Counted from the first letter of the stretch, positions 40,934 to 52,337 are shown. The stretch is 64,000 bases of DNA from Podarcis bocagei (GCA_964188305.1 OZ076892.1); one strand, 5' to 3'. Translations and numbers: made by a program. The notes: generated from the letters alone by a model not told the origin.

Positions 40934-41682
40934 GTAAGTACAGAGTATCCAGAATTGTCATTGGCTAAATTTTAGTGCTTTCTTCCCTTTGTGAAGCTTG
41001 TGTTGGAGGCCACATCTGTGCAGCTGTGAAAAACTATCTAAAATTGTGTTGAATTATGACTTTCTTTGTAAAGCCCATATAATCTGGGAACACACTACAG
41101 TGTTAACAGCAATTTTGACATAGACTGCTTACAGTCTAAAGCAAGGATGGGGAACTTGTGGTCCTCCAGATGGAGTTGGACTCCAACTCCCCCCATCAGG
41201 CCCAGCCAGTATAAAAGTCAGTGATCAGTCCATTCTAAGTGTATAAATGTGTACAAAAGCATCCAAATTTAATTTGTTCACTCAGTGGCATTTATGTAGC
41301 GTTTTCCCAGAAGTAGAGATTCTGTAACTGTGGCAGAGCTGCTGTAAACCTATCTGCATGCTTTCAGAGCATAGCACAGCACATAATATGGTGGGGGAAA
41401 GCTCTCTAGCTATGCAGTAGATTTTATATATAGACAAAGAAGAATGAGCCAAAGGGCCTGTTAACTTCGTATGAGATGCTTTGTGCATCTGTCGGTGTCT
41501 GACTTCTTTCTACTGGTTTCTTGGGATACCAGCAACCTGATCCTAAATGCCTTCAGGGAAAATGCTCTGTGGGGACACTCTAGATGTTTATGAGGCCAGT
41601 ACAATGTGAAATGCAACAGGCTTCCTTTCACTGCTCAATAAATTTGCATGGTGCTCTGAATGAATCTTGTCTTTCTCAACAG

Positions 41683-41915
41683 ATTGTGGCCAGCTCTTAA
41701 CATCTGGACCCACTTCAATGTCAGATCAGATGATCACAATAAGCCAGCCACAGGGTGAAGCACAGTCATCAGTCACAACTCTACTATCCCAGCAGATGTC
41801 TGAAAGCCCCCAGCTGCCTTCTGCTATGACCACCAATCAGAATATGAAAAAGATTGATGACCTGCTAGTGTCTCTACAAAACCAGGGGAACAACAACATG
41901 GCTGGCTCCTTCTAA
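41683..41915 (+). CDS. NFAT5: NFAT5 last coding exon ([10 protein letters not shown]...[21 protein letters not shown])
   Basis: caacag acceptor; TAA at 41913-41915; exon continues to CAG|gtgagt donor after 41923. Confidence 0.95.
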
Positions 41916-42756
41916 CTGTCCAGGTGAGTTGGAGATGGGAGTCAAAGACTGTAGCCAAGCCAGCATGTTCTCTTCTTATTTCTTGCAGCGAATAAAAGTC
42001 TGTCTTTTCTGCTGCTTCCCCAGAATGATAATAGAATTAGTGCCTGTCTTGAGAGTAAATAGAGCTTCACAGCCCTCATTCTCCTGGCCCTTAGGACACT
42101 TGCAGTGGCCTCAATGAACTTGATTACCATGGCTCAGAAATCCCAGGGTGGATATGGGGTCGTTTGCCTTGACTTCAGCTAAAGGCTGAAATATGCAGTT
42201 CCAAGGCAGCATGGTCAGCTGTGTTTACTCCACACAGAAATAAAGCCTTATTTTTCTGGCCTGAATAAATTCTACAAAGGAAACAGGGGCTTTTACATAA
42301 TCCTTTTTCTACTGGCAGTGATTGGAATCCTTGCTCTGCCTCTTGAGACATAAAAGTGTCATCCACTTGTCTGCAACAATGCTTTCAGCCATTAGCGCTC
42401 TAGGAGCTTTCTTTACAAAAGCATTAAATCCTATTATTTTAGGATGTTAAATCCTACCAAGTTCTGTGCTGCTGGTGCAGTTACAAGACAGAGCTCAGCA
42501 GCACATGGCCCTCCCCAAGCCATAATGCTAGGAGGGGCTCTCTCACACTCCAACTCCATAGTATACATCCCCTCTTCAAGTCCCAGTCAGATTTCACTGA
42601 TGGGTGGCAGTAATATTACATTCAAAGAAGCCATCATTGGTAACTTCAGCATAGAGGGAAATAACCAGCTGTTGGATGCTGTTTAATTAGAGTGCTTTAG
42701 GGGGAAAGAATGAGGCTCTTACTACGCTTAACTTTTGTCTTTGTGTGTTCTTTTAG

Positions 42757-45700
42757 CTTGTAACTTCAGAAATCCTGTAATGGACAAGCCGATTTGCAAG
42801 ACTTTCGTTCTTGTGACTCTGGAATTTAGGATGTTTGGAGTTAAATTTCCTGTGTCAAAGTGCGGCCTTGGACCCAAGGGGAAATGTAGCCTTCACCATC
42901 ACTTTGGAAGAGTACCCATGCTAAGCCTGATGAGAAACGGCTGCTGAGTGAGAGCATCAGAGAGAGACTTCTTGAAGCTGGAAGAGGCGAAAGAGGCTCT
43001 ACTTTGGACAGTTGCCCCCATCTCTAGTCCAGCTGTGGGGATGCAGAGTGCAGCTGCTCATTTATCATTGCAGCTTGGCACTGAAAGAACCTGAGACTGT
43101 GTCTGCTCCTCTCTTTCAGCTCTTCTTCACAGCTCTTGGAACAGGCTGCAAAGCACACAGGGATATGTGTCCTAAAATAACTGCGATATACAAATGGTTG
43201 ATTCACACATTTGTGCTCATCACTTGAAGACTCAATCACTTGATTTGCAGGTGTAAATGGTTTCCAGTGAAAAATGTTGCTTGGGGGAGGTGAAGGTGAT
43301 TCAAGTGTTCAGTCCTCAATTGTGCATTTCACTCATGCCAGTCATTGCTTAATGGTGCAGTTACCAAGTGTTGAACATACCAGTGTGAATTAGTGACTCT
43401 TTGTTAAATGGAAGCTGCTGTCAGCTTCATAGCAGTATGGAGAAAGCTGTGAATTAGCACCTAGGAAGGTGGCATATACTGGCAGAGAGTCCCCTAAAGC
43501 CACGAGGGGCGGGGAGTGGGTGATATCCAAGAATGTGACTACAGCTTCCTGGGAGGCTGGAAGATTGGCTGCTCAAATAGGGACTTTTCTGAGCCTCTGG
43601 TGCTCTGCCCATCTCCCCTTTCACAAGGGGGCAGTTTGCTATGCTGAGCAATAGACCCCCTCTTGAGTCCTGCCTTGATAGGCCATAAGCTGAATTTTGT
43701 TCCTCTTAATCCCTTTTCTGTCTCTTTCCTCTTGTGTGAAATATGCTGCCACCTGTACAAATCTGAATTAGGTTTTTTGGAGACCAGAAGGTCCATTGCA
43801 GTGGGGCTGGAATGACCAAGCTGGCTGATACCTCCTTGGTCTGTAGAGGAGGGGTGAGAGAATATTTTTGGGCATGCTGGTTTCTGCTCCTCCACCCCTT
43901 TTCTAATTGGTGCAGGTTTGAAGTCTTAAATTTAAACTCACATGCGGGGAGGGGGATTTGGCAGCTTCCCCTCGGGGCTTGAAGGGGTGCCTCTGTATAC
44001 CAGTTGCTGAGAATTGCAGGTGGGCAGAGTACTATTGCACCTAGGTCCTGCTTGTGGACTAGGTATCTGGTTGGCCACTGTAAGAACATGATGCTGGACT
44101 AGATGGGCCATTGAACTGATCCAGTAGGCTTTACTTATGTTCTTACATAGCTCCTTTAGCTCATACGAGACAAGTAACGTCACTCTTTCAAAATGCAAAT
44201 GCTGGTGATGAATTTGCATCCATTTTGGCTTAAAAGGCAGATGCTCTTGTGTGCTGTCAGCACCAAGGGGCAAACTCAATTTCAGGTGCTCTCCAGGGAT
44301 AGCTACAGTTTCCCTCTTCTGGATTTTTATTTCCCTCTCCTCCTTTCCTGCACATCAAATGCTGTGTGTGGTGTCTGTCACCCAACAGCTGTTGTGTGTG
44401 ACTCTTGTTGGCATTGGGGAGTTGTGTTTTTTAGTAAGCATTGGTGTTCATTTTTGTTACTTTTGTGTAGAGAAGAATTTAGCTTGTACCTGGTTTTTTA
44501 GGCTACCCCTTGTGTGTTTTTTCTAACTTGTGCTCCACCTTGAGCTATGTAGAGTTGTGCTTGTTTTTTGTTATTGTTGTTGTCCTGTTAAATGCCAGTC
44601 CGTCTCTGATGTTTGCAGTCAGTGATTCGTTCTGTTTGTCCGTCTCTCTTTGAGAGGCTTGAGTTATGTTTTCAGTAGTACAGGCTATTTTGCCGCTATG
44701 AAGAGAACTTTTCAGAAAGAGACCTGCTCTAGGTCATTTAATTTTGAATACAGTTTTCAATCGTTCAGGTTTTGGATGGTTTATATCTAATGTGTGTTTC
44801 ATTTTTTTGGAAAGCTCTATTTTGTATTTAGAAAATGATAAACTATTTTGCTATTTGTACTGAGTGAGTACATTGGCATAAATAATATATATATATATAA
44901 ATATATATATACATATACATATATTCACACACATATATTCTTTTTGCCACAGATTTTTGTGGTAAATGTGTGAGTTTTGTTGTCTGTTTTCCCACAACAT
45001 GGCATCTAGGAACCAGGGGAAGGGGGGTTGTTGTTAAGTCTTCACAAAGTATTTGAGTACTTCTTGCAGCAGATGTGATTGGTTCATCTCTGGCCGTTCA
45101 TATAATCAGGCAGCCTCTGTGCTGATTGGCTGTGAGGGCAGCTTCACTGCGGAGGTGACACATGTGCATCTTCCTTTGCATGGGAGTCCCTTGACATGAG
45201 CCATTCAGCTGTTCACTCATGGTTAATGTCTAATATTTTATTGCTAGCTTTTTAATTTATAACAACACTACAAATTCACAGTTGGAACCTTCTTTCCTCA
45301 TTTCATGATGTCTGTAGCTGCATTGAGCTTGCTTCTCTTACAATGTTATGTTTCTTTTATTTGCTGAAAGAGTATTGAGGATGGGAAGGAGCAGCCATGT
45401 GCCTAACTATGAATGAGGAGGCAGAAAGGGATGTACCAAGCCAGCGGCTTTTGCTTTCACTTCTGGGGATCCTGCAGTTGGGCCTGGGACTGCCTGTGTC
45501 TTCTGGAAGAGGCACTTAGTCCCAGGCCATGGCAGGAGCTTTATGGGGAAGAAGTGTGTGGAGAGGGTTGAGTAGGAGCAGGTTGACTTGTACGCTGCTG
45601 TGTCTTGTTCACTTCGGTGGCATCAGGGCTGTCCTCGGAGGACAGTACTAAGTCACCAGGGACCAATCCTCTATTGAACCAAGTTTCCTGCTCAGAGCTG

Positions 45701-46917
45701 CCTCTTGTCACTTCTCCCCACATTACTCCAGCCATACAACGCAGGCATCTGCGTTCTGTTTGTTAAAAGGGTTCCTGCTGCTGCTCTGTTCAAAACGGTG
45801 ATGTACATGGGTTTTGGGGTTGGTTTATTTCTATTTTTTCTTGGTCCATTTTAGGTCAATATTTAAATGTGCAACATTTTTAACGTGATTTGGTTACAAA
45901 AAAGTATGTCTTTGGAACAAAGGTCTGCTCAGTGGCTGGCTGGTCTGCACTTTCCTACACCCTTTTTGTTTGTTTTGCGGGGCCTGCATTCTAGAGTTTC
46001 ACGGAGATGGGACCTCAGGAGCCTTGCAAGGTGCATCTTGTTTCCTGTGTGTTCTTGATCCCCACATGGCATTTGGAGCTCATGTTGTCCCCATTCATTT
46101 TACCCTCTTCATCAGTCCACAAGAATCCAACTGAGCCTTTCCACCACAAAGGGCTTCAAACTACAGGAAGCAATCATTTTTATGTGCAACTCCCTCCTCA
46201 AACACTCTGGATAAAGCCACATTGGGAATCAGATTTTGTAGAACTATAAAAGCCCTTGTGGTTTCAGGTCCCTCCCTGCCACTTTGATCCTTAAGCCCTT
46301 AGGTAGCTTGGCTGTCATCTGGGGTCCATTGTTTCCTCTTTTCAGCAGCTTTTGTGGGCTGTGGCCCATGGAGTCCAACTTGTTTGGAATGAAGTCCCAT
46401 TTGGACAGGGCAAGGTTTTGTTCTGAACAGTGTGGGCTTGGACCTGCTGAGACCAAGAATCTTGTTGCACCCATCTGTCCCAACAGCAATTTGTGTGCAA
46501 GTAATGAAGGTTTTCTCCCAGAGCTATGCCTGTTAATATCGCTGCAGTCCTAACACACTCCCTCCCCCTCCCCTTTCTTGCCATGCTCACTTAGAACAGC
46601 ATTCAAGACCAGCCAGCCACCAAGCAGCCTTTTCCAATATCCTGCAATGTGAATGTAGCCTCAGATGGCCCCTTGTGCGTTTTGTGTCCCTGGCTTGTGT
46701 AGGTGGGTTTCTCAGAGCACTGATAATGGTTTTGTTTATTCTATTGGAGGGGGCGGGGGGGACTCATTTGCATTTGTTTTTAGCTATCCTGTGATAACTT
46801 GTTGAATATTAAGAGAGAGATATTTTGCTTCTATTGGGACATTTGTATACTTGCAACTATATTTCTGTACACAGCTGCAGTCAAGAATAAAACTTTGAAA
46901 GTTTTCATTTTGCAGTG
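42757..46917 (+). other. NFAT5: NFAT5 terminal non-coding exon (long 3'UTR)
   Basis: Pyrimidine-rich ttttag acceptor ending 42756 (boundary inferred). U-rich blocks at ~44670-45000 and ~46780-46917 resemble the mammalian NFAT5 3'UTR as recalled. Confidence 0.7.
46886..46891 (+). terminator. NFAT5: NFAT5 polyadenylation signal AATAAA
   Basis: AATAAA followed by a GU/U-rich downstream element. Confidence 0.8.
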
Positions 46918-47030
46918 TATTGCTACTGTGCTCCATTCTTTTCAGTATCTTGGAGTCACTTGGTCCTGAAGTGCAAGGCTAGTGTGTTGTCTGCTGAGCC
47001 CTCCGCACACTGGCTAGAAGTTTACTAATG

Positions 47031-47170
47031 ATAGCTCAGTTGGTTAGGGCATGATGCTGGTAACACCAGGGTTGCAGGTTTGATCCCCATATGAGGCAGC
47101 TGCATATTCCAGCATTGCAGGGGGTTTGGACTAGATGATCCTCAGGGTCCCTTCCAACCCTACAATTCTA
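47031..47170 (+). mobile_element. tRNA-derived SINE with CR1-type tail between the NFAT5 and NQO1 3' ends
   Basis: A box TAGCTCAGTTGG, B box GGTTTGATCCC, tail CCCTTCCAACCCTACAATTCTA. Confidence 0.75.
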
Positions 47171-47532
47171 TACATCCCTTTTTGCTCTATGGCCGATAAG
47201 CAAGCCACCACCAGCGGATATGGATCAGGTGGAGAGGGGTGTCCCTTCACTGGAGTGATGGGAAGGTAGAACCTTCTTTGTGTAAATGCCTCCTTTGCAG
47301 AACCCACCATGTCTGGGCTGGCTTGTCCCATATTACTGTGTATGGTAGAGCAGCAGACTTAGGCTTCTCCCTTCACCACCTCTCATGGAGACACATTCAG
47401 GCACCGTTCCCCTCTGAGCAGTGCTGTCATGAGAGAATCCAACAGGTGTAATAGGTTCAAACTGTATAAATGCCTAGCACAAAATGTGGCCCTTGACTCA
47501 ATAGACAGCTGCAGGAGAAGGGTTTAAAGTAT

Positions 47533-47538
47533 TTTATT
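47533..47538 (-). terminator. NQO1: Candidate NQO1 polyA signal (AATAAA on minus strand); alternative at 47775-47780
   Basis: tttatt on the plus strand, downstream of the NQO1 stop. Confidence 0.5.
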
Positions 47539-48767
47539 CTAAATTTTTCTGCTGGCGCAAGAGAGACTTGTATAAATCTACATGACATTCTAACAAACCT
47601 GACTAATAGAGGCAACACCTGGCTTTGTTGTTAGTACATGTGAAAGTTATTACCAAAGTACAAAAATCTCTAGTATTAATCCCTACTACCAGTAAGTAAA
47701 CTAAGAGGATTTAAAGCAACCCTTCACCTTCCACGCCAGTTAATTACACTCCCCCCCACCCCCCTGGAGCACCATTTATTGCCAGGGAACTCTGTCCCTG
47801 CCTTCCTGTACTGTGGCTGATTCCAGCTGGGGAAGGTGGGAGCCCAGTTGTCTTTACCACTCTTCCCAGCTGCCCTCTTTTCAGCTGCATCTGTGGCTTG
47901 TTTTGTCTTCAGACAGATTACCACTGCACCTCTCCTCTGGCAGCTCAAGTCTGGTGCAAGTGGTATTGACTGCCAAGTAGCTTGTTTTATCCATTGTGGA
48001 TTGGTGGTTGCTAATGAAGTAAAGGCAATGTACTCTACCCACCCACCCCCACTACCTTGAGGCTACTATGACAAGAAATGGAAGAGCTGACAAAAAAGCA
48101 GCCAGGTAGACCCATACAGTTCTATACAACTACATCCTACTCTGTGTAGATGCATTGAAATTAGTGTGCCTAAGTTAGATATGCCTTTTACTTTCAATGG
48201 GTCTGCTCCAAGTAGCACTAACATTGGATACAACCTATGATGCTCTCCAGGCATATGTACTTGGAGAAGTGCAAGACCCAAGCTCGAAGTACTTTGCTCT
48301 AGGGTTGGACCTTCCTGCCAACTCTTCTGTTGCTCAAGGCAGTATGGTGGTACTCTTTGCTGAGATGGGGGCTGCAAAGAGGAATGTGAAAGGCTGTGGT
48401 GGTTGCCCACCTGTGGATTATAAGCTAGGATCTTAAGGCTGCAAAGAGTAGAACAGTAATAATGCAGGCTCCATTGTGGAGTATATGCCTTGCATTACAT
48501 ACACAAGGTATAACTAACTGTTTTTAATGGTAGAGTGCCCAACCAGCTTTCCCATCTGGTGTGCTCCCAGGTAGTTTGGGTTTCAACTCCCATCATCCTT
48601 GTTGGGCTGATGGGACTGGAATCAAACACAGCAGAAGGGCGCCGGTTTGGGGAAGGTCTGCCCTACAGGGACCCTATGAACCCAGAGAAAGTGAAAGTAG
48701 GAAACTTTTACTGCTAGCATTACTACAGAAAGGCCTTTTTTGTGTCCCAATTTACCAACAGAATTTG

Positions 48768-49076
48768 CTATTTCTGCTGGGCTTTGACTTGATTATCAGG
48801 CAGGAGTGGCTTTCCCAGATGCTGGCCAGTTGTCAGCCCATATTTTTTATCTTCTTGCTGTTCCTGGACCTCTTTCTTCAGAAGAAAGCCCCCAGCAAAG
48901 CTCAAATCAAAGTTGTTGCTTGGGGCAAAGCTGAGGGGCGTCTCCTCCCAGATAGTGGCCAATCTCTTCTTCCACATCTCCAGGATTTGGGAGCGGGCCT
49001 CTGGTGGTGTATGGCCAATACTGAAAGCGATCTGGGGTGCCAAGACTTGGAAACCACAGAAATGGAGAGTGCCACT
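48768..49076 (-). CDS. NQO1: NQO1 exon 6 coding part ([15 protein letters not shown]...[19 protein letters not shown])
   Basis: Includes the NQO1-specific C-terminal domain that NQO2 lacks. Total CDS is 828 nt = 275 aa. Confidence 0.96.
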   Translation of the reverse strand, partial: SGTLHFCGFQVLAPQIAFSIGHTPPEARSQILEMWKKRLATIWEETPLSFAPSNNFDLSFAGGFLLKKEVQEQQEDKKYGLTTGQHLGKPLLPDNQVKAQQK

Positions 49077-49541
49077 CTGGGGAGTAGGAAGAAAGAACAT
49101 TTGCAAATCAAATACATATTCAAATAGTGCAGGAGGAATGTAATTAGAACAAGTTCAGGACCAACAAAGAGATCTATAGTGATATTTCCAGTACAGTGTG
49201 TGTTTTTGTTACCATACTAAATGTCTGCTATGACATTTTTACTCATTTTAAAAACCTAAAATTTGTCTACAACTTTGCACACAAGGGATGTGGGCTTTCT
49301 GCTAGGATTCAGTAAACTACAGCTCTTGAAAAAACAGTCATCTTGCCAATTGGTTGGAATGCAGGATTGTAAACCTCTGGATTACACAAAGGTTCTCAAA
49401 CCAGACAAGTGCAGGAACCTGTAAGAATTCTGTGTAAGGCAGAAGCTTGCACTATCTACTTAAGTATTACACCTTTTAATAATAATTTTTAAACTCTCTT
49501 AGAAATAGCTATGGGTTTGACAATAAATGTTGCCTTGTTAC

Positions 49542-49643
49542 CTGTATTGGCCAAAGAAGGATGTTGATGTCCCCATTGATGCCTTCAGGGGTGTACATGG
49601 AGCCCATCCCACCAGTGGTGAAGGAAAGTAGAGTCTTCTTATT
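49542..49643 (-). CDS. NQO1: NQO1 exon 5 ([34 protein letters not shown])
   Basis: 102 nt; TTGG flavin-binding loop; CAG|gtaaca donor. Confidence 0.96.
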
Positions 49644-50044
49644 CTGTAAGTAACCAAGTATGAGTTATGCTTTACACAGCAGCTGAGACACTGTCATGCA
49701 GAGAGCAACTAGTGAACAAGGGTCATTTTGCAGAGTATTGTGAAAGCCCAGCTGATCACCATCTTGCCACAATATGGAGGAAAGGAACTGCACCTTCTCT
49801 GTCCCACAGAACACCCTTCTCTAAAATACCAAGAGGCAGGGTCATTGTCAGAATCCTCTGTCTTTTCCCACTACCACCAGAGTCTGCCATATTGTTTCAT
49901 GCAGAGCACCAAAGAGGCTGACTGCAGGGCTCAAATGCACCACAGACAGGCTGCAGCTACTGGCCAGTTGGAGAGAATGAAAGGTGGTGGCGGCTACAGC
50001 AGCAGCAAGACTTCACTCCCACCAAATCCCCACTGCATACCTAC

Positions 50045-50158
50045 CTTGAAGGGCCCCTGGTCATACATGGCACTGTAGGAGTAGGCAAATCCACCAGTGA
50101 GGACACGCTCATACCACCCTTTCAAGATGGCCGGGACACCAAACCACTGGAGAGGGAA
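50045..50158 (-). CDS. NQO1: NQO1 exon 4 ([38 protein letters not shown])
   Basis: 114 nt; flavodoxin-2 fold signature FPLQWFxxPAILKGW. Confidence 0.97.
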
Positions 50159-50320
50159 CTGCAACAGAAGCAGAGCCATAGGATAAGGGTTGAGGCCCTT
50201 GTTGCACATTCATTTCATGGTACTTTAGAGTCCAGGTACCATTCCCAAAAAGCTCTTCAGTGCCCATGGCATTCCCTTAGAACCACTAGTTCCAGAACTT
50301 TGTTCCAATGTCAAGCTCTA

Positions 50321-50465
50321 GCAGGTGGAGTCTCCTTCTGTGGAGGTCTTTAAGCAGAGGCTTGACAACCATATGTCAGGAGTGCTCTGATGGTGTTTCC
50401 TGCTTGGCAGGGGGTTGGACTCGATGGCCCTTGTGGTCTCTTCCAACTCTATGATTCTATGATTC
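50321..50465 (+). mobile_element. CR1 LINE 3' end in NQO1 intron 3
   Basis: Encodes SPSVEVFKQRLDNH; terminal (ATTCTATG)n repeat. Confidence 0.85.
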
Positions 50466-50897
50466 AGGGGGTTAGAAGCATATTGTTTCCCCCCTGTGAA
50501 GTACAGGCCCTATGTGGACAATTTCCATGTTTGCCAGAATCCAATTTTTAAAGCCTGAGCTTTAAAAGTGTTGCTCCCACCCTCTTTACTGAATTAGGAC
50601 TTCCTAAATTTGCCTCTCCAGAGTTCATTGGTCAGCAAGATTCATGGCCAAAATTCACACTCAGGTCAAACACTACAAGCCGCCTTGCCTAAGGCAAGAA
50701 GAGGCTTATGATGAAGGTGAAAAGTCACCCCCCTCTAAATCCCCTCCCAGGAAGCCGGTGCCCATCTATGATAGTTGGAGAAGGGCTGTAGAAGGGGTAG
50801 ACTCATGCCTGAAAACCTGGAGAAACAGTTCACTTAAACAACCCTAGGCTTGATGGACCAGGTGGTCTGACTCAGCGTCCTGTGATCTGGGAACCAC

Positions 50898-51028
50898 CTG
50901 GAAGATGACAAGATCGGCAGCGTCCAGCTTTTTTTGCTCCTCTACGATGTCCCTGCTCAGGCGGCCTTCTTTCCATGCCAGCCCCGTTTCGGCCGGGTAG
51001 CTGAAGTGCTGCGGGTCCTTCGGCTTGC
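50898..51028 (-). CDS. NQO1: NQO1 exon 3 ([44 protein letters not shown])
   Basis: 131 nt with cag/gt boundaries. Confidence 0.95.
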
Positions 51029-51272
51029 CTGAGGGAGGGGGAGAGGGGGAAGGGTGGGTCCAGGCACGCAGGCGAGGCGGAGCCTCTGGGGGCTCCGGGA
51101 AAGGAGCGGCAAAAGGTCCCGGGTACTCGCCCCGACGACAGTTTCTCCAGGCAGGAAGGCTGGGGAAAGCGCCCCCTCCCAGCCGGCCTGAAACCCAGCC
51201 GAGCTAGCGCCGCCGCCGCCAATCTGTGCAGACACACCTAGCGGACCGAGAGGGACCCAGAGACCTATGTAC

Positions 51273-51437
51273 CGGTGACGTCGTCCCGGGAGAGGACCGG
51301 GTTGAAGCGCATGGCGTAGAGATCCGAGACGGTCACCTTCCACCCACTCTTCTGCAGCGCCTCGACAGCCGCCTCTTTCATGGCATAGTTGAAGGATGTC
51401 CGCTCCGGGTGGGCCAGCACGATCAGCGCCTGCCGAA
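51273..51437 (-). CDS. NQO1: NQO1 exon 2 ([55 protein letters not shown])
   Basis: 165 nt with cag/gt boundaries; FAD-binding AHPERTSFN motif. Confidence 0.96.
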
Positions 51438-51849
51438 CTGCAAGGAGAGCAGGAGGGCAGAGCTTGGCAAGGCAAGGCGCCTCGGGCGGCCAAAGCTCCG
51501 GGACTGCAACAGAGGCGGACAGACTCCCGCCTCGGCGCCTCCCACCAGGGCAGCGCAGCCTCGCAGGCCCCTGCCTGCCTTTCGGGGGCCCGCCAGGTGG
51601 GCGCCACCCGCCTCCTTGCAAGTTGCTGCCGGCGCTGCGGCAGGGCCTCGGGGAACCCGAGGGAAGACGCTCTCGAGGCGGGAAAGGACTCCTGCAGGGG
51701 GAGCCTGTGCCTTGGAGACTCGACTCGATCGATCCCACCCACCCCCGTCCTTCCTCTTTTCGACCTGCCCGCTTGGCTCCGCGAGGCAGCCTGATGCGCA
51801 TTTCAGGGCCCACCAGAGTAAGGCTGGGCCGAGGAGACGAGCTACTTAC

Positions 51850-51856
51850 CAGCCAT
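51850..51856 (-). CDS. NQO1: NQO1 exon 1 coding part (ATG GCT G)
   Basis: Minus strand reads gccATGGCTG|gtaagt; a 7-nt coding first exon as in other NQO1 genes; phase fits exon 2. Confidence 0.9.
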
Positions 51857-51906
51857 GGCGATGCAAGCCGGGCAGCAGTTGAACTAAGCCGTCGGCGCCG
51901 CGGGTC

Positions 51907-51912
51907 TTATAA
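51907..51912 (-). promoter_or_regulatory. NQO1 TATA-like box (TTATAA)
   Basis: The only AT-rich word in a GC-rich stretch, ~50 bp upstream of the ATG. Confidence 0.7.
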
Positions 51913-51933
51913 GAGGCGGAGGAGGCGGCGCGG

Positions 51934-51949
51934 ATTTGCTGAGTCACTG
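51934..51949 (-). promoter_or_regulatory. Antioxidant response element (NRF2/sMAF) with embedded AP-1 site: CAGTGACTCAGCAAAT
   Basis: Perfect RTGACnnnGCA plus AT-rich flank in the NQO1 promoter; adjacent GC box GGGGCGGGG at 51949-51957. Confidence 0.88.
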
Positions 51950-52337
51950 GGGCGGGGAAACCACACTCCGGCCAGACCCAGCATGTTGCCTCTTGGTGCC
52001 CCGAGGGGAAGGCTTCGCCCCGAGGGAGACTGCCTCTGTATCGCGAAACTCATGACCAGGAGCCATCGAGAGCCCATTCACTTCTCCCTTAATTTGGCAG
52101 CTCTCTATCTAAAGACACGCCTCCGGCCCAGCATCCCGCTTTCTCCTCGTGACCAACCACCAGATGTCCGAAAACGAAGCTCACAAGGAAGACGCAAGGC
52201 CTGCTGTCATCTCTGCCATTGACATTCAGAGATAGACGCTGAAGGGTCCATTTAGCTGTCATGCTGTTAGGGGCAAGCGTCCACTCGTAGCCCTCAAAGG
52301 GGAGACTTGTGACAATGCTTAATAGCTAGGTTTCCAA

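Larger units (their letters stand above)
8691..46917 (+). other. NFAT5: NFAT5 (TonEBP) gene body, 5'-incomplete: 12 coding exons plus terminal 3'UTR exon
   Basis: The spliced exons join in one frame (4439 nt: 2 nt of a split codon plus 1479 codons including stop). All coding-exon introns are GT-AG. Product has a Rel-homology domain ([15 protein letters not shown]), an IPT domain and a Gln-rich C-terminus. Confidence 0.97.
50870..52200. promoter_or_regulatory. CpG island over the NQO1 promoter and exons 1-3
   Basis: Sharp rise in GC and CpG density against CpG-depleted flanks (judged by eye). Confidence 0.85.

Noticed and set aside
38498-40961. Alternative-frame and antisense ORFs with poly-S/L/A/C runs
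   Set aside because: Artefacts of CAG/CAA repeats in the NFAT5 large exon.
47031-47100. tRNA-like sequences (also 52878, ~11950, ~59480)
   Set aside because: They continue into SINE bodies and LINE-derived tails, so they are not tRNA genes.
48197-48436. 79-aa protein-like ORF antisense in the NQO1 3'UTR
   Set aside because: No splice or promoter context and no recognisable family; length is within chance.
48561-49127. 188-aa plus-strand ORF
   Set aside because: Antisense shadow of NQO1 exon 6 running into a MITE remnant.
52114-52122. XRE core (GCGTG) in the NQO1 promoter
   Set aside because: Lacks the full TNGCGTG consensus; the core is common in CpG islands.
50872-52222. Long overlapping ORFs (up to 277 aa) in several frames
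   Set aside because: Stop-poor GC-rich CpG island with Arg/Pro/Gly-rich translations; only the NQO1 exon segments are supported.
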